From: a virus
Reading direction: 5' to 3' (one strand)
Length of the DNA: 64,000 nucleotides
IMG/VR virus record: IMGVR_UViG_3300035204_001665
Location: 18,870-82,869 of that record
The notes beneath the pieces are model-generated. The model was not told where the DNA came from and ran no database searches. It saw only the letters and a list, made by a program, of their open reading frames with translations. The translations under genes and the position numbers were made by a program. The stretch's first letter is position 1, and each line of letters begins with the position of its first letter. Below are positions 23,601 through 30,628 of the stretch, one piece after another.

Positions 23601-25556
23601 GTTTGGAACAAATCCAAATGCGCTAGGTCCAGACGAATCCGGACTAAACCCCCATTGAGATTCGAATGCTTTCCCGTAAGATTTTCCCGCCTTGCCGGGG
23701 GGGATAATCGCTGGCTGTTTTATTCCGGGAAATCTTTTTACTTTTTCTGCGCCGTTATAAGTCACCCTTCCTTCTCCCGGAATACTCATTGTTTTAATCC
23801 GTCCGGGTTTATAACCTGCCTGCAGAGCACCAATGTATTCGCTCATTCCGGCGTTAAAGCTAGGAACATGACCTGAACTTTTTCTGATGAGTGTAGTCGT
23901 TCCTGTAGATTTATCAATTCTCGCGCCGACTTGCGAGCCCACCGCCGGAGTCATTTGTCTTGAAAGGGACAAGAGCTTTTCTCTTGCGATAATTTCTGAC
24001 TTCAAGGCTTCTAAAATCAAGTTTTCAGCTTTGAGTACGGACATCTCTCCGGTTTCTATCTTTTTAATTAAAGCTGGGTTAGACGAAAGGATACCGTGAA
24101 TTTGTTGCTGAACCGCTGCCTGTTGCTGGGCAGCTTTATTCAGCCCCATCATATCTTTCGTAGACTTAGCAAGGAAAGTTACAAAGTTATAAAATAATTT
24201 ACCCGCTATCGCTGTTAGCGCTATCAATCCCGGTCCAGATAAAAAGTTCCCGATAGACTGCATTACGCCCTTTGCCATCCTCCCCCCGAAATCGTTAGCT
24301 TCTTTATCGTTGAAACCGAAGAACCCTGCGATGTCTCCAAAAAAACTAGTTTTCTCAGTCAATTTATTAAAACCGTCCAATAGAGCCCTAAACGCTGGCT
24401 CAAATGACAGTGCCCCTATCTCTGCGCCCATCTTGGTAAGATTTTGCACAGACTCATTTGTTAGTGCCGCTAAGGTTTTATTTAGTTCTTGATTTCTACG
24501 TATGGCTTCATCAGTAGTATTAAGCGAAGTCTTAAGTGCTTGTTCATATATAGACGTTCCCTTTTTTAAATCTCCTAAAATCGCCTTTAAAATATTCATC
24601 TGATAAACACCACCGACCAGCTCTGCGGTTTGAGCCTTGGCTGCAGAACCCAAGCCATCATACGCCTTCGCGAAATCTTTCATGATTGCCATGGCTGGGC
24701 GTAAGTCTCCGTTCATCTTCTTTACTTGAACGCCCAAAGCTTCTAACTGTTGCTGGACACCTGTCCTCTGGACTCTTGTAAAAATTGTTTTTAGGGAGTT
24801 ACCAATAATATTACCGCCTCTGGCAGTTGTTTGTTGGGCTGAAGTAACCACCGCTATCAGTTCATCAAAACTTACATTTGCTCCTTCAGCGGTTGATGCG
24901 ACTCTTTTTATAGCCTCAGCTAAATCATTAGTACTAACCGCGAAAGCTGCATCCACATTTGCCATTTTATTAATAATTTCCGTAGAGGTAATTGCCGTTC
25001 TATTGAAACTGTTAATAGCGGCCGTTAGAGAATTCACGGCGGCGGTGGCATCCATACCCGATAGTCTCATTAATATCAGAGCGTCTCTTGTTCGAGTAAT
25101 GGTTTTTTCCATTCCCAGACCCTGCCTAGCAAATTCTTGAGCGGCCTCACCGACCTGTTGAAAAGATTGCCCTGTATTTTTTGCTACGTCGAAGAGGTTA
25201 TTACTGAATTTTTTTAAATTTGAACTTGAAGCATTGAGAATTACATTGATGCCAGCTAGAGTTTTTTCAACCTCTATTGTAGCTTTAGCCATTTCCTTAA
25301 AAGCACTAGTAACTCCATATAAAATTCCTGCCGAAGCGGTAAAGGCAATAACGCGGGCGTTAGAAGCATCTAAACTTTTTTGGAATTCGGCGATTGAACC
25401 AGTAATTTTACCAAGTGGTTGGGTGAATTTTTTAGAGTCTATGCCCTGTAGTTTTATTTGGGTACGCTCAGCCTTTCTGGCAAAATTAGCCAGATCCTTC
25501 TCCGCTCGACTAGTATCTAACCTAGCCTCTCCTTCAATTCTAAAGTCTACAGCCAT
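11637..25556 (-). CDS. Giant tail tape measure protein (4639 aa)
   Basis: TP901-like N-terminal TMP core (EFARQG, VDAAFAVST.DLAEAI.RV.S.A, T.RGG.IIGNSLKTIFTRV), long coiled coils, Gly/Ala/Met hydrophobic segments, and C-terminal FARGG..GSGTKDDVPA.L..GEYV motifs; lies downstream of tail tube and chaperone genes. Confidence 0.92.
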   Translation of the reverse strand: MAVDFRIEGEARLDTSRAEKDLANFARKAERTQIKLQGIDSKKFTQPLGKITGSIAEFQKSLDASNARVIAFTASAGILYGVTSAFKEMAKATIEVEKTLAGINVILNASSSNLKKFSNNLFDVAKNTGQSFQQVGEAAQEFARQGLGMEKTITRTRDALILMRLSGMDATAAVNSLTAAINSFNRTAITSTEIINKMANVDAAFAVSTNDLAEAIKRVASTAEGANVSFDELIAVVTSAQQTTARGGNIIGNSLKTIFTRVQRTGVQQQLEALGVQVKKMNGDLRPAMAIMKDFAKAYDGLGSAAKAQTAELVGGVYQMNILKAILGDLKKGTSIYEQALKTSLNTTDEAIRRNQELNKTLAALTNESVQNLTKMGAEIGALSFEPAFRALLDGFNKLTEKTSFFGDIAGFFGFNDKEANDFGGRMAKGVMQSIGNFLSGPGLIALTAIAGKLFYNFVTFLAKSTKDMMGLNKAAQQQAAVQQQIHGILSSNPALIKKIETGEMSVLKAENLILEALKSEIIAREKLLSLSRQMTPAVGSQVGARIDKSTGTTTLIRKSSGHVPSFNAGMSEYIGALQAGYKPGRIKTMSIPGEGRVTYNGAEKVKRFPGIKQPAIIPPGKAGKSYGKAFESQWGFSPDSSGPSAFGFVPNLLQFLTSLRLGVDKQGRQGSSGRLKIRGDVLAKEVGPELGKVIKYVIPGSEYVTINTLGQQKPITEKERAGFTKGTGRRAAKKGGQQEAALAARYGGFGMGRFRGKSQAAKDMDPQKLKLPYDSGERVGGRNFAVESKPSFRARYVAQIFKKTLYETNSSSLRHLKRRLQSKIKGGDQMAAAHLRTLENRIGIETKNRGNELSTWTMSPSGTPAIGSLGEMNRIMGFDTKNALAARKEKLFSGGFIPNFAVAEPRRVGGVWDATRSAAMLVPEMGLGAGRGTSAIASVPGTGRGKKSTRIKFNIYDPDIPKNRRDSLHKKVEKSLTKTATAYAREFSPDPIKPALTPEPGKYFNTGALKSAVGNVFEAGLDAAFARAKDVETARFDVRSGTKGSGKVRNLFGVPFVGHADYKAQNSPTLRKSMAEKIANEFRRIRSEVSSKKGTKGKGKSGGFIPNFGVMEAIETEQALGGKPTLDYNPRVGVYVRDAKTQSSFADVVRDHPEGIGRAVQNSKAAQKVLSSSGFVPNFAEDEGGGMTGVDTGINTMALAFMAMGAKDLADKFKETGSAAIELRTRFEAMQAEGEDLKERQRELGDGAEQAEQALEEFAKNLKNTKKDDKDLAKADKLDKERGRDDLTGKEKSEAREKAGLKGRKTSSMTDEEKEKLEKEENKILTQSNKDRKKEADEIRASVQQRKKNKVSRTKEGAALDKEVATRKQLEIDLQEERAAHDKNSAALTREAAAHNRNAMSSGQMVGGAAAGAAGGGMMGSLKRGGGMVGQWGQQGAMMGMMAMPMVGGAMAGLGMDEQKSKVVQDSMSIGLMGAMSGNPWVMAGAATFAVLDGIEKWGEASRDQTKKWKEALEGANEKLQEFQNLSQEYLKNQAEYQQALTDPDISPEQLKKRTDAMFESVRNVPREFAADVRAAAHSGDELKKTFERIEKSLKDVAKDIEAAGTIEKGRKERDEIGWWFWGHQGGDKTGVEGGFGGGAAAAGGAEQARKQRFNAAAARDAVVDSVMRRLEKEDVQGFAGKELRRKLMAGTRPGIKHNERVKNNMQWFAEVGLNPELMEAIEQVLVKGIHDMTALNGAILHRLKAESEAADELDKLAEVIRKNKEISGVFNVAMKRAGEQLDHFNFNLKSITDIARKRVEGHNERRRMRESYSRKAVLTNARGHSKLIDPFEGKWDQMQRKQQIAEMATMEKYLASGQLLVAKTQRSIIGVLDKKLDENAKTVQRLQLKQYKEGQPLSITEKTELKKRERAQQAFSEILGKALHQSAAAPEQMMPNIVKNLRRELNTVGLSSTEIDSVVNEIGSLKESAEQSLMKLLQQQQEEIMIQKIQTKNQERLIELQQQLKFGGGIASFAGGERWKKTRSLREERAEAEFSPTIPQRLMNRGRADFKSLQDLTKNFSMDAGQLSDPTYDKMIASAVLGLTLDVQKQLKIKDKNLRSWGGAKPDDELWRQGVFKSMSEGAIDDAMQQVSAALKLKALPEDVIKIRNDMELLREMFGDQWRFLEEANQSAFTRAIKETGIDNIGTVITATNEAGFQSIDDSLSRLITAFNVGFGIQTYMKNLQEINKNEKRAMQLMNSTSDAEQERLSQQGKMDVQFKDLRSKYLAMQMGWMKWDQGNLLADGSGGTAEKAQREARTAQAKAFMSVGQALFDDPNLSHAGRVEALKQIARGQIPSDVRFDSGVLANMGPDFQANLAVAKAGNWQPWEKDAAGNTVWSQDGMYRKRGTYTQKELDAGRIVPLGGGALPAIGDDFFENGVSDEGDFFVKYKKGEEATLYGALSQIIDRNVGTGTQWVKMFTSLLGGTTGGDRVINQQGAWFMAKKLGYTGVEPNDRTGDRGDEDWLASYKHAYQKYMKYGEDLPNISRRAQIAEKERLAEAHRQRGDIWTLKGDNITEFSRRDNIDKHEKRELEIQRKKAYSEAERHKKLSIKLSKEALGMSEEWDLAPNDKQEQYFKDALEWERRRIRLLDERIDRQEAVLNLKAKERAIDQGGQVFEVSGAGPLNPPPPADLARDFRERAVRNQALKVRDARIELAVDKETARKEVPKAGSYGESGMKKNRFWQGALAIDAYFRLQASENLKDQEDAERYKASLVGGWTKGGKGGKKSIDMTDAELRDLATGLKRLAALRDQEYYNEERERLNEGRDPNLRPMTAGPSLFTDWGKEFWWNQQQERMSQMDAILPDFKRIQKEAEWLFRGGTAKEWAGFGTGTRLGLTAVAESSPQSVLNEVQMALETGIKESKIEGSIRSRLEQLQDKFDNDIDNFDRQDALEQAQLMGVLEAIKKIGEEHGDVVKLQEYRLRIEKAIANVQAGSLQDQIKALQILRDIDIQKFMEKGYAADTAFKRAKFTGLESRTELGQLKDTSLGYKFKEVFADWGRDQDFDKILGGDFALTDFQKTLVDRLEVLFDEDHENFFRKLQGTLDDNVQKLMKLERLPATRDNRAAFSAARATRHSASMERLQFGGYTPNVSLQAARYGITAEEVKGYDAPAPRRGAMPADTQTVPPAHYVKKYGDNAKAKWAGLTPAEKHVEWKKQMATEHASAVGDWRRGRKATEEKFTAAGIPIGDRGSMLRTSVHQPGIGRLFGQPELGSNWDQAGRLSGVGGQMFGVGGWRHLAKAQQGPLGEEMKTYIKDQMIDLNDALENAMLDNLDTQLSPMKTVQEKITSLANLNELRVRKYESQFAKIYDNEIKDEAAKTERRRILFEMQLKNADQANEDLSQLNRRIFEASLTPTANRAGQREMRSGRIGLSMDAWRKNYASMAYQGGQSTGFDFWGAATRDPSAASAAQATRPTATAWRNARLKESDQTKVMAEEMRLELEIMEAQEEDPKKIAQLRAKYEHYKTQANALRQAAMQSDSVIRERYLDIQIAQKEVDKILKQYVEDQVDNLDDLIGGLTDQIRLEGLDPTLYAIQRMPAKKKKLDEQIRKILAPNEQLGTQLVMEDIRSVMEDATDAQRDTLKELQKLLKEGFNLQLQQLDAEIKELDRSILQLRSGPATSDNLQQLASGLEKRIEKSLEQFMFGTGGGGKDQNLIDTIKKRLGLDTSSGGKRPGYAPLGLFPSQSRLIQAGQAPANSWRSLNIGWNQTPEAARRAGIDARPLGGEAPGVPYWSDSKSPLKKKLGGLLASLGIQGKGERPKWITDLEKKFGLNKQGGRVLHGYLQGSLGTSEDVFGPGQSPEVQKRLFDELTQLDLGGQKLTPKQIREFYLAMTKAQKNFHENSLKMSKEAHDNRFQLERRTLYLMKASGAMPSAISAQEEKTWQAGRAAWQVGTASLLKDHPDLMPGKIQPGITTPIAPVIENMKVAAKRAWAKHDTLMLGEDVEGALAASEEAKKYEHQAKLLEQMAKDGKSLEEAWKNIKIKKLKNDLTDLREQINLDMLDPGTLSRETIEARREETRKSIKDGSYQMKQTFKDLFAAWHYGTKEMMIDADEALFTFGMEFRSGIASAFGEAIKGTKTLEEAFSDMFLKLADYALDQVLQMTVNRVIGSFAQAAPAATGGLITNNGVQKFARGGPVVGGSGTKDDVPAFLQQGEYVLRKAAVKKYGVSLIDLINNEGFGAVNKYATGGRVGAGVRAGRGPGKIVGDPKLGQPAYILYPDGSKTLVSEMTALRRQRGLPQYEHTDPDPSFFGKKNYKVDYWTHLSEPTTHGGLGMSTKDIAKLKAQWEANAFADPQEGLVSNIKHGREGRWVDYNLRNAFVYDSDKFPSLDHSYFSIDPRLTRQALADSDNPRNKIRQDKVSKLYSYYEDRASDLIAHAEAVAKWKAAKKKRMKYSMIAAAASLGISALTGGAGLGMPGAQGTVGGNFFSWLGGASGGAVTSRGIGKATGGLIGDAIPAMLMGGEYVVNRSAVQKYGSDFFTQLNKGNVPAFASGGYVGGNGLRSSKGSEKNAKGIMSEPSVADGDTTNNITINVNLNENGGITTDVNTGGEGISLEKARSLGTLIKQTVVETIVQQKRQGGILHQSTQNRG

Positions 25557-25578
25557 GTCCCTTAAACCTTAATTATTA

Positions 25579-25586
25579 ATTACACT
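25579..25586 (-). promoter_or_regulatory. AGTGTAAT motif upstream of the tape measure gene
   Basis: The minus strand reads AGTGTAATTAATAATTAAGGTTTAAGGGACATG. Confidence 0.5.
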
Positions 25587-25598
25587 GGTTTAATGGGA

Positions 25599-26627
25599 TT
25601 ATTGATGATGAATCTCAATAAAATCATCCATATCCATAGTTCCCCCTCTTTTGGCTGCTTCATCAGCTAAGTTTATAGTTTGACTACTATTTTGCTTGTA
25701 TCCTAGTTTTTCTAGGTCCTTTTTGGTCGCACCGACAATTGTAGACGCGCCTTGCCCTTGCGCCCCCTTACCTTTGCTCATTTTCTCCATAGCTTCTTCT
25801 GCGTTTTTAGACCCCTCATAGAATTCAATCAGCGCGTCAGGGTCTTTTCTGATTTGCATTGGGGCTGGCGTCTTGGCGTCTTGAGCTAAATTTTTAAAAT
25901 ATCTACCATAAGTATATAGTTCATTTTGATTGTGGGTAAGTTGAACGACTGGTCTGCCATAAAAGTTGTATATATTATCATCACACAAATAAAAGAAATT
26001 TGTAAAAAATGTACATAACGATATTCTTTTTATGTTTAAGTGATTAAGTAACTTACTTCTTGAACTATACGCTTGATATATAGAGGTCAGTTCCTGATCA
26101 TTTAGTTCATCGAATTCCTCGGGAGAATAGAGTAGCTTTTTATATTCCTTATCCTTAAAGAGTACTTGGTGCATAAAATATTCGTTGCTTCTTTTTTCTG
26201 CGTATGCTTCTGCCACGAAACCTACTAGCTGATTTCTTCTGTTTATTATCTCATTAAGTTTTTTAGAGTTTTCTTCAATTAATTTTCTAACCCTTTGGAT
26301 TTCGGAGTCTAGAAATAACTTGCTTTTAGTTGCTTGAAGATTGTCGGTATAAGTTTTGAGCTGGGCCATTTCTGTCTCTTGTGACCTATCCCAAAGACCT
26401 TCCGAAGCTAGATAGTCTAATTGCTCTCTTCTAGTGGGTAGCCCCATACCCCTAGCTTTATCAAAAGAATTTTTGTAACATTTGTCCGTATCTATGGAGT
26501 CATAGACATTTAGATGCTTTATATACCCCTCGTTATAATCGGTTTTTATGGGGGTATAGCCATTTAGAATATCTAGATATACTATTTTTAACTCTTCCTC
26601 AGAGGGCGCTGCTTCCTTTTTGGCCAT
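25599..26627 (-). CDS. Putative tail assembly chaperone
   Basis: Helical, charged 342-aa protein immediately upstream of the TMP; function inferred from position only. Confidence 0.45.
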   Translation of the reverse strand: MAKKEAAPSEEELKIVYLDILNGYTPIKTDYNEGYIKHLNVYDSIDTDKCYKNSFDKARGMGLPTRREQLDYLASEGLWDRSQETEMAQLKTYTDNLQATKSKLFLDSEIQRVRKLIEENSKKLNEIINRRNQLVGFVAEAYAEKRSNEYFMHQVLFKDKEYKKLLYSPEEFDELNDQELTSIYQAYSSRSKLLNHLNIKRISLCTFFTNFFYLCDDNIYNFYGRPVVQLTHNQNELYTYGRYFKNLAQDAKTPAPMQIRKDPDALIEFYEGSKNAEEAMEKMSKGKGAQGQGASTIVGATKKDLEKLGYKQNSSQTINLADEAAKRGGTMDMDDFIEIHHQ

Positions 26628-26637
26628 GATAAAAGTT

Positions 26638-27621
26638 TTAAGTTAGGTTCACATCTTGATTTTCTTTTTCGACTTTGGCTTCGCTTTCCGTTTTTTCTTT
26701 GTCCGCAGCTTCGCTTTTAACTTTAGCTTTTGTTTTGACCCTTTTCTTTTTTTCTTTTGCACTAGACTCTTTAGCCACAGCCACAGTTTCTTCAACTTGT
26801 ATTTCATTTTCTGCTCCTTCTTCTCCCTCTTTTCCTTGTTCGAATTCTACCTCGTATTTAGAGTCATCCTCTCCTAGGTCTGCTTGCTCTGCGAATTTAA
26901 TTAGTTCCTTAAACTGATCGGGATCGCTAGTCTTACTTACGTACCAGAAACTTACATAATAAAAAAACTTATTAAGTGTGCCCAGTACCCAATCATCATC
27001 GTTTTCTTCCATCTCATCATATCTAGCCAGCTTTTCTTCATAAGTGCCCTCTCCAAAATAGCTAGACTCTTTTTCTTTTTCGTCGACCTGATAACCAAGG
27101 TGGAGAACCCACCAAAGAATAGTCTTGTTTCTTGCCCTATTTTCTGCAGTTTGATCATAAAGACTAGACTGATTCGATTCAAATTCCTGTATCCTTTCTC
27201 TAGCGTTAGAAAGAAATTCCGAAATCTCTGTGAATTTTTCCTTTTCTTCTGCGGATCTTTCTTCTGTAGTTTTTAGGGCAATCTTTTGTAATTCTACTTG
27301 CTTGTCGAATACGTCGTTATATAACGCGCCGAACTCGTCTTTTTCCTTGTCACTTAAGATGCCCCCATCGTTACTAAATCTTTTTGCCAACAACGCCCTA
27401 GTTAAAAGGCCGGCCTTAATACCTTCTGATAGCTTGACCCCATAGAATAGCTCCGCATCATCATATAGTTTTCTAGTGGGCCTTCTAATGAAAAACTTCT
27501 TGTCTACAGATTTAATTACATCTTTACTGACTGTAATATCTGCACCGTCATCGCCCTTTCCCTGAGATACCTCCTTTACCGTCTCCTCTTTAGGGAGAAC
27601 AAATTCATATATTCTTTTCAT
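26638..27621 (-). CDS. Putative tail assembly chaperone
   Basis: Helical 327-aa protein with an E/K-rich tail between tail tube and TMP; function inferred from position only. Confidence 0.45.
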   Translation of the reverse strand: MKRIYEFVLPKEETVKEVSQGKGDDGADITVSKDVIKSVDKKFFIRRPTRKLYDDAELFYGVKLSEGIKAGLLTRALLAKRFSNDGGILSDKEKDEFGALYNDVFDKQVELQKIALKTTEERSAEEKEKFTEISEFLSNARERIQEFESNQSSLYDQTAENRARNKTILWWVLHLGYQVDEKEKESSYFGEGTYEEKLARYDEMEENDDDWVLGTLNKFFYYVSFWYVSKTSDPDQFKELIKFAEQADLGEDDSKYEVEFEQGKEGEEGAENEIQVEETVAVAKESSAKEKKKRVKTKAKVKSEAADKEKTESEAKVEKENQDVNLT

Positions 27622-27645
27622 ACCTTTTTCCTTATTATTATATTT

Positions 27646-27870
27646 TTATTTGAACTTAATATCAAAATTTTCCAGACTTTCCTCGAGCTCTCTTATGGCG
27701 TCATTACCATAATCTAGTACTCTTTTCCTAATTTTTTGATAATCTTCGGGGGGAATAGATTGATCGTGGACCTTTAAGTCTTCAATAAGAATCAGAAAGT
27801 TTTTACACAAATTGATTACTTTCCTCCTATTGTGGAATGCAATAAATTCCCTACCTTTTTTTCCGTCCAT
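27646..27870 (-). CDS. Small hypothetical protein
   Basis: 74-aa ORF with AAGGAG RBS and a TGTATAAT element upstream. Confidence 0.6.
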   Translation of the reverse strand: MDGKKGREFIAFHNRRKVINLCKNFLILIEDLKVHDQSIPPEDYQKIRKRVLDYGNDAIRELEESLENFDIKFK

Positions 27871-27922
27871 TAATCCTTACTCCTTACCTATATTATACAG
27901 TTCAAAAAGCCTTAATTAATAT

Positions 27923-27954
27923 AAAAAAACCCCCCATTTTTCAATGGGAGGTTT
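27923..27954 (-). terminator. Rho-independent terminator after the major tail gene
   Basis: Minus strand AAACCTCCCATT-GAAA-AATGGGGGGTTT followed by a T run. Confidence 0.8.
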
Positions 27955-27975
27955 CTGTTTGTGTTAACTAAGGAA

Positions 27976-29085
27976 TTAGCTTACCGAACCACTCATGAAC
28001 AATCCTCTATCAGTTTGAGAGGATGAACCGATTTGAGTACTAAACGTTAGCGTTACGGACTCGTTATCTCCAATCGAGCTAGTAAAGGACTGGCTGTCCA
28101 ATTTAGCCTTCTTAAGGAGGAACGCGATGTGTGCGTTTGCGCCATCGTTCAGGTGAACCGTCACGTCGTGGCTACGGTCCAAATCAATGATATCCGCTAG
28201 GTTACCAGTGGTTAAGTCTCCGACCAGTGCGTCTACGGTCATGGTTACTGTCACCGGGAAGGTAATCTCTCTAGCGAATGCAAAACGGCTGCCTAACTTA
28301 TTCAGCGGCTCTCTTGCGAGGTCGAAACTAAGGTTATAGTTTTGAACCTTGGCATCACTAATCGCACCTTCCACGAATGGGAGGTCAAGAGTGATGTCAC
28401 CGGGTTTGATCGCGTTAACGATACTCGAACCGGTTTGAGAGGTAGCTTCAGCAAGGCTGAACTTATATTTTGTGTTCTTCAAGCCGTCTGATGGGTTAAC
28501 ATGAGGTGAATATCCACCCGTACCTTGAATAAAGGCCATGTTAAGGGCTTCCACAGTAGATGAAGCCGTCGGGAATCCACCGACTGCTGCTTCAGATGTG
28601 TACGAAGCCATAAATCCATTACCAACGCCGATCACGCGACTAAGATTAGTTGGGTTGCCGCCGTCTTCGGCTTCTGCGAATCCGACTGCGTCACTACCTT
28701 CAGATACAATCCGAATGTAGTAGTTTCTCTCGTCAGCGTCGTTATCCAAAATGTCAGTCAAACAGGACTCTGTCCCGCCTCCGATTTTGAATCCCATTTT
28801 ATCTTCGTTATGGAAGCTGCAGAGATACCAAGAAAAGTCCAGACTTACAGTCGGCTGTTCCAAGATAACTCTATCGATGGCGGCGAGATCGCCGTATTGG
28901 TTTACGTCTTGTCTAGCGATGTCAAAACTATAGTTAGCGCTTTGAATTCGCTTGAGCTGGTTAGGTGCATGTGTTCCAGACTCGTGATCCCAATCTCTTG
29001 TATCAACATGATTCGCGGAGTACCGCTTATCCGGTCCGGCGTACACTGCTTGACTTTGATAAATTACTCTATTTCTAGTGGCCAT
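27976..29085 (-). CDS. Major tail tube protein
   Basis: Beta-rich 369 aa with two related halves (RIQSANYSFDIARQDVNQYG / KVQNYNLSFDLAREPLNKLG); strong RBS; followed by a terminator; lies between neck genes and chaperones/TMP. Confidence 0.7.
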   Translation of the reverse strand: MATRNRVIYQSQAVYAGPDKRYSANHVDTRDWDHESGTHAPNQLKRIQSANYSFDIARQDVNQYGDLAAIDRVILEQPTVSLDFSWYLCSFHNEDKMGFKIGGGTESCLTDILDNDADERNYYIRIVSEGSDAVGFAEAEDGGNPTNLSRVIGVGNGFMASYTSEAAVGGFPTASSTVEALNMAFIQGTGGYSPHVNPSDGLKNTKYKFSLAEATSQTGSSIVNAIKPGDITLDLPFVEGAISDAKVQNYNLSFDLAREPLNKLGSRFAFAREITFPVTVTMTVDALVGDLTTGNLADIIDLDRSHDVTVHLNDGANAHIAFLLKKAKLDSQSFTSSIGDNESVTLTFSTQIGSSSQTDRGLFMSGSVS

Positions 29086-29144
29086 AATAAATATTCCTTA
29101 TTTGTTATAAATTACATTTTATTTTAATTGTTGGGAACTATTGG

Positions 29145-29999
29145 TTACCCTTCTCGAGGATATCTTTCCAGCCCCAGTTCAAAATCTATGATTGCCTTAA
29201 ATACCTCAGGGTTGGCGTTCTTTAGATTTTCCATATATCCCAAGCTAAATCTAGAAACATTTACTTCATCTATATGCAATTGATTATTATTGCCAATATC
29301 TCTAGTCAAGTTGTTATAATTATATACACCAGTTTTTAGTCCCCCAAGCACATTAAATGGATAATTTTGATCGGACAATATCGGGACCATAGTTCGAGCC
29401 TGATCCTTAAAAATAGAGCACGCTGCATCTAGGTTATATTGGGAATCAGCTAATATGACACCCCGAATGCTAATCTGAGTCCTGTCCAACCCGCCGAACG
29501 CCATCGGTTGGTTAGATCCACCGTTATTTTTAATAAAAATAGCAGGGTATGTAGTTACGGACGTGGGCAAACCCTCTACTGTTTGAGAGGTACTGGGTCT
29601 TAAGTCTATTTTATTCTCGAAAAGCAGTTCCTGTTCTGCCTTTGCAGTTAAATATACATTAAAATCTTTGACAGCATAATTTCCGCTAATTGTGCTGCTC
29701 GTGGTCGAATCGAAATAGACCTGCCCTTGGTTATAGTTAATATCTACCAACGGAGACTGGCCCGTGCTTTTAAAATTATTATCAACATATACTCCACTCA
29801 ATATTTTAGCGTCTGTGATTGATTCGTCCGCCACCATTTGTTTGAACGGAGCTCCGTATGCATTGTAATTATAATATAACCCATCGACAGAATAGAAATT
29901 AGATCCGTAATTAGTATAGGCGTCTCCTTTGTCCAGCAAAGTATGATCTAACCATAATAGAAAGCTAGACATTACTCTATTTTCAAATTGAGTTTTCAT
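29145..29999 (-). CDS. Putative tail terminator / neck protein
   Basis: TYPAIFI motif and position immediately upstream of the tail tube gene. Confidence 0.45.
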   Translation of the reverse strand: MKTQFENRVMSSFLLWLDHTLLDKGDAYTNYGSNFYSVDGLYYNYNAYGAPFKQMVADESITDAKILSGVYVDNNFKSTGQSPLVDINYNQGQVYFDSTTSSTISGNYAVKDFNVYLTAKAEQELLFENKIDLRPSTSQTVEGLPTSVTTYPAIFIKNNGGSNQPMAFGGLDRTQISIRGVILADSQYNLDAACSIFKDQARTMVPILSDQNYPFNVLGGLKTGVYNYNNLTRDIGNNNQLHIDEVNVSRFSLGYMENLKNANPEVFKAIIDFELGLERYPREG

Positions 30000-30628
30000 A
30001 ATCTACCCCATCCCGTTTTAAAAGTTTTCAATATAGCTGACATATAGATAGTTCTTGTATACATTGCTGTACGCATTTCTCTGCTGGATTGTGTGCCCTT
30101 TCCGGACCGACTAGTCGGCACTATGTAAGTATGATATATATAATTTCCTAACCCAGAGATCCCCTTTTCTATTCTCCGCAGCCAACTTCCCGGCTCCCAA
30201 GGCATAGGGGACGCAGAGTCCAGCTGTTTCATATCTGGAGATTTTATACGGTAAGAATAGCTCACGCTTTTTTTTCTTACGGTCACGGTCGGCTTTCTTA
30301 TTAATCTTGTATTAAATTCCAACATACTTCTTACTATACTAACCGGGCTGCTCCCAGCGTCAAAACCTATAAAAGTAAATAAGTTTCCATATCCGCCCAA
30401 CGTTCCGCTTATATTCGCTGCAGATGCACCAGCTTCAATTTCTTTGGTGACTGGATGGTTATTAAAATTAGAAATTAATTCATTTCTTTTTCTAATAAAT
30501 GCAGCGTTTACTCTTTGATGGACCTTGCGCTCTGGCTCGGAAGAAATTTGCCTTCCTTTTTTCTTCATACCGCTGTGCATCTTCGTTCTAACAGCGGTCT
30601 TGTTAATTTTAGCTTTAAATTTTCCCAT
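29996..30628 (-). CDS. Putative tail completion / neck protein (basic)
   Basis: Basic 210-aa protein in the neck gene order, with overlapping start/stop codons on both sides. Confidence 0.4.
   Translation of the reverse strand: MGKFKAKINKTAVRTKMHSGMKKKGRQISSEPERKVHQRVNAAFIRKRNELISNFNNHPVTKEIEAGASAANISGTLGGYGNLFTFIGFDAGSSPVSIVRSMLEFNTRLIRKPTVTVRKKSVSYSYRIKSPDMKQLDSASPMPWEPGSWLRRIEKGISGLGNYIYHTYIVPTSRSGKGTQSSREMRTAMYTRTIYMSAILKTFKTGWGRL

Noticed and set aside
11716-25572. Numerous + strand ORFs of 60-199 aa opposite the TMP, and similar shadow ORFs opposite other long genes
   Set aside because: They are antisense shadows of long real genes, with no RBS or protein-like motifs.
25599-27621. Programmed frameshift joining the two chaperone genes (lambda G/GT style)
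   Set aside because: Both ORFs are long with their own ATG and are separated by 10 nt. I could not identify a convincing slippery site, although A-rich runs exist.
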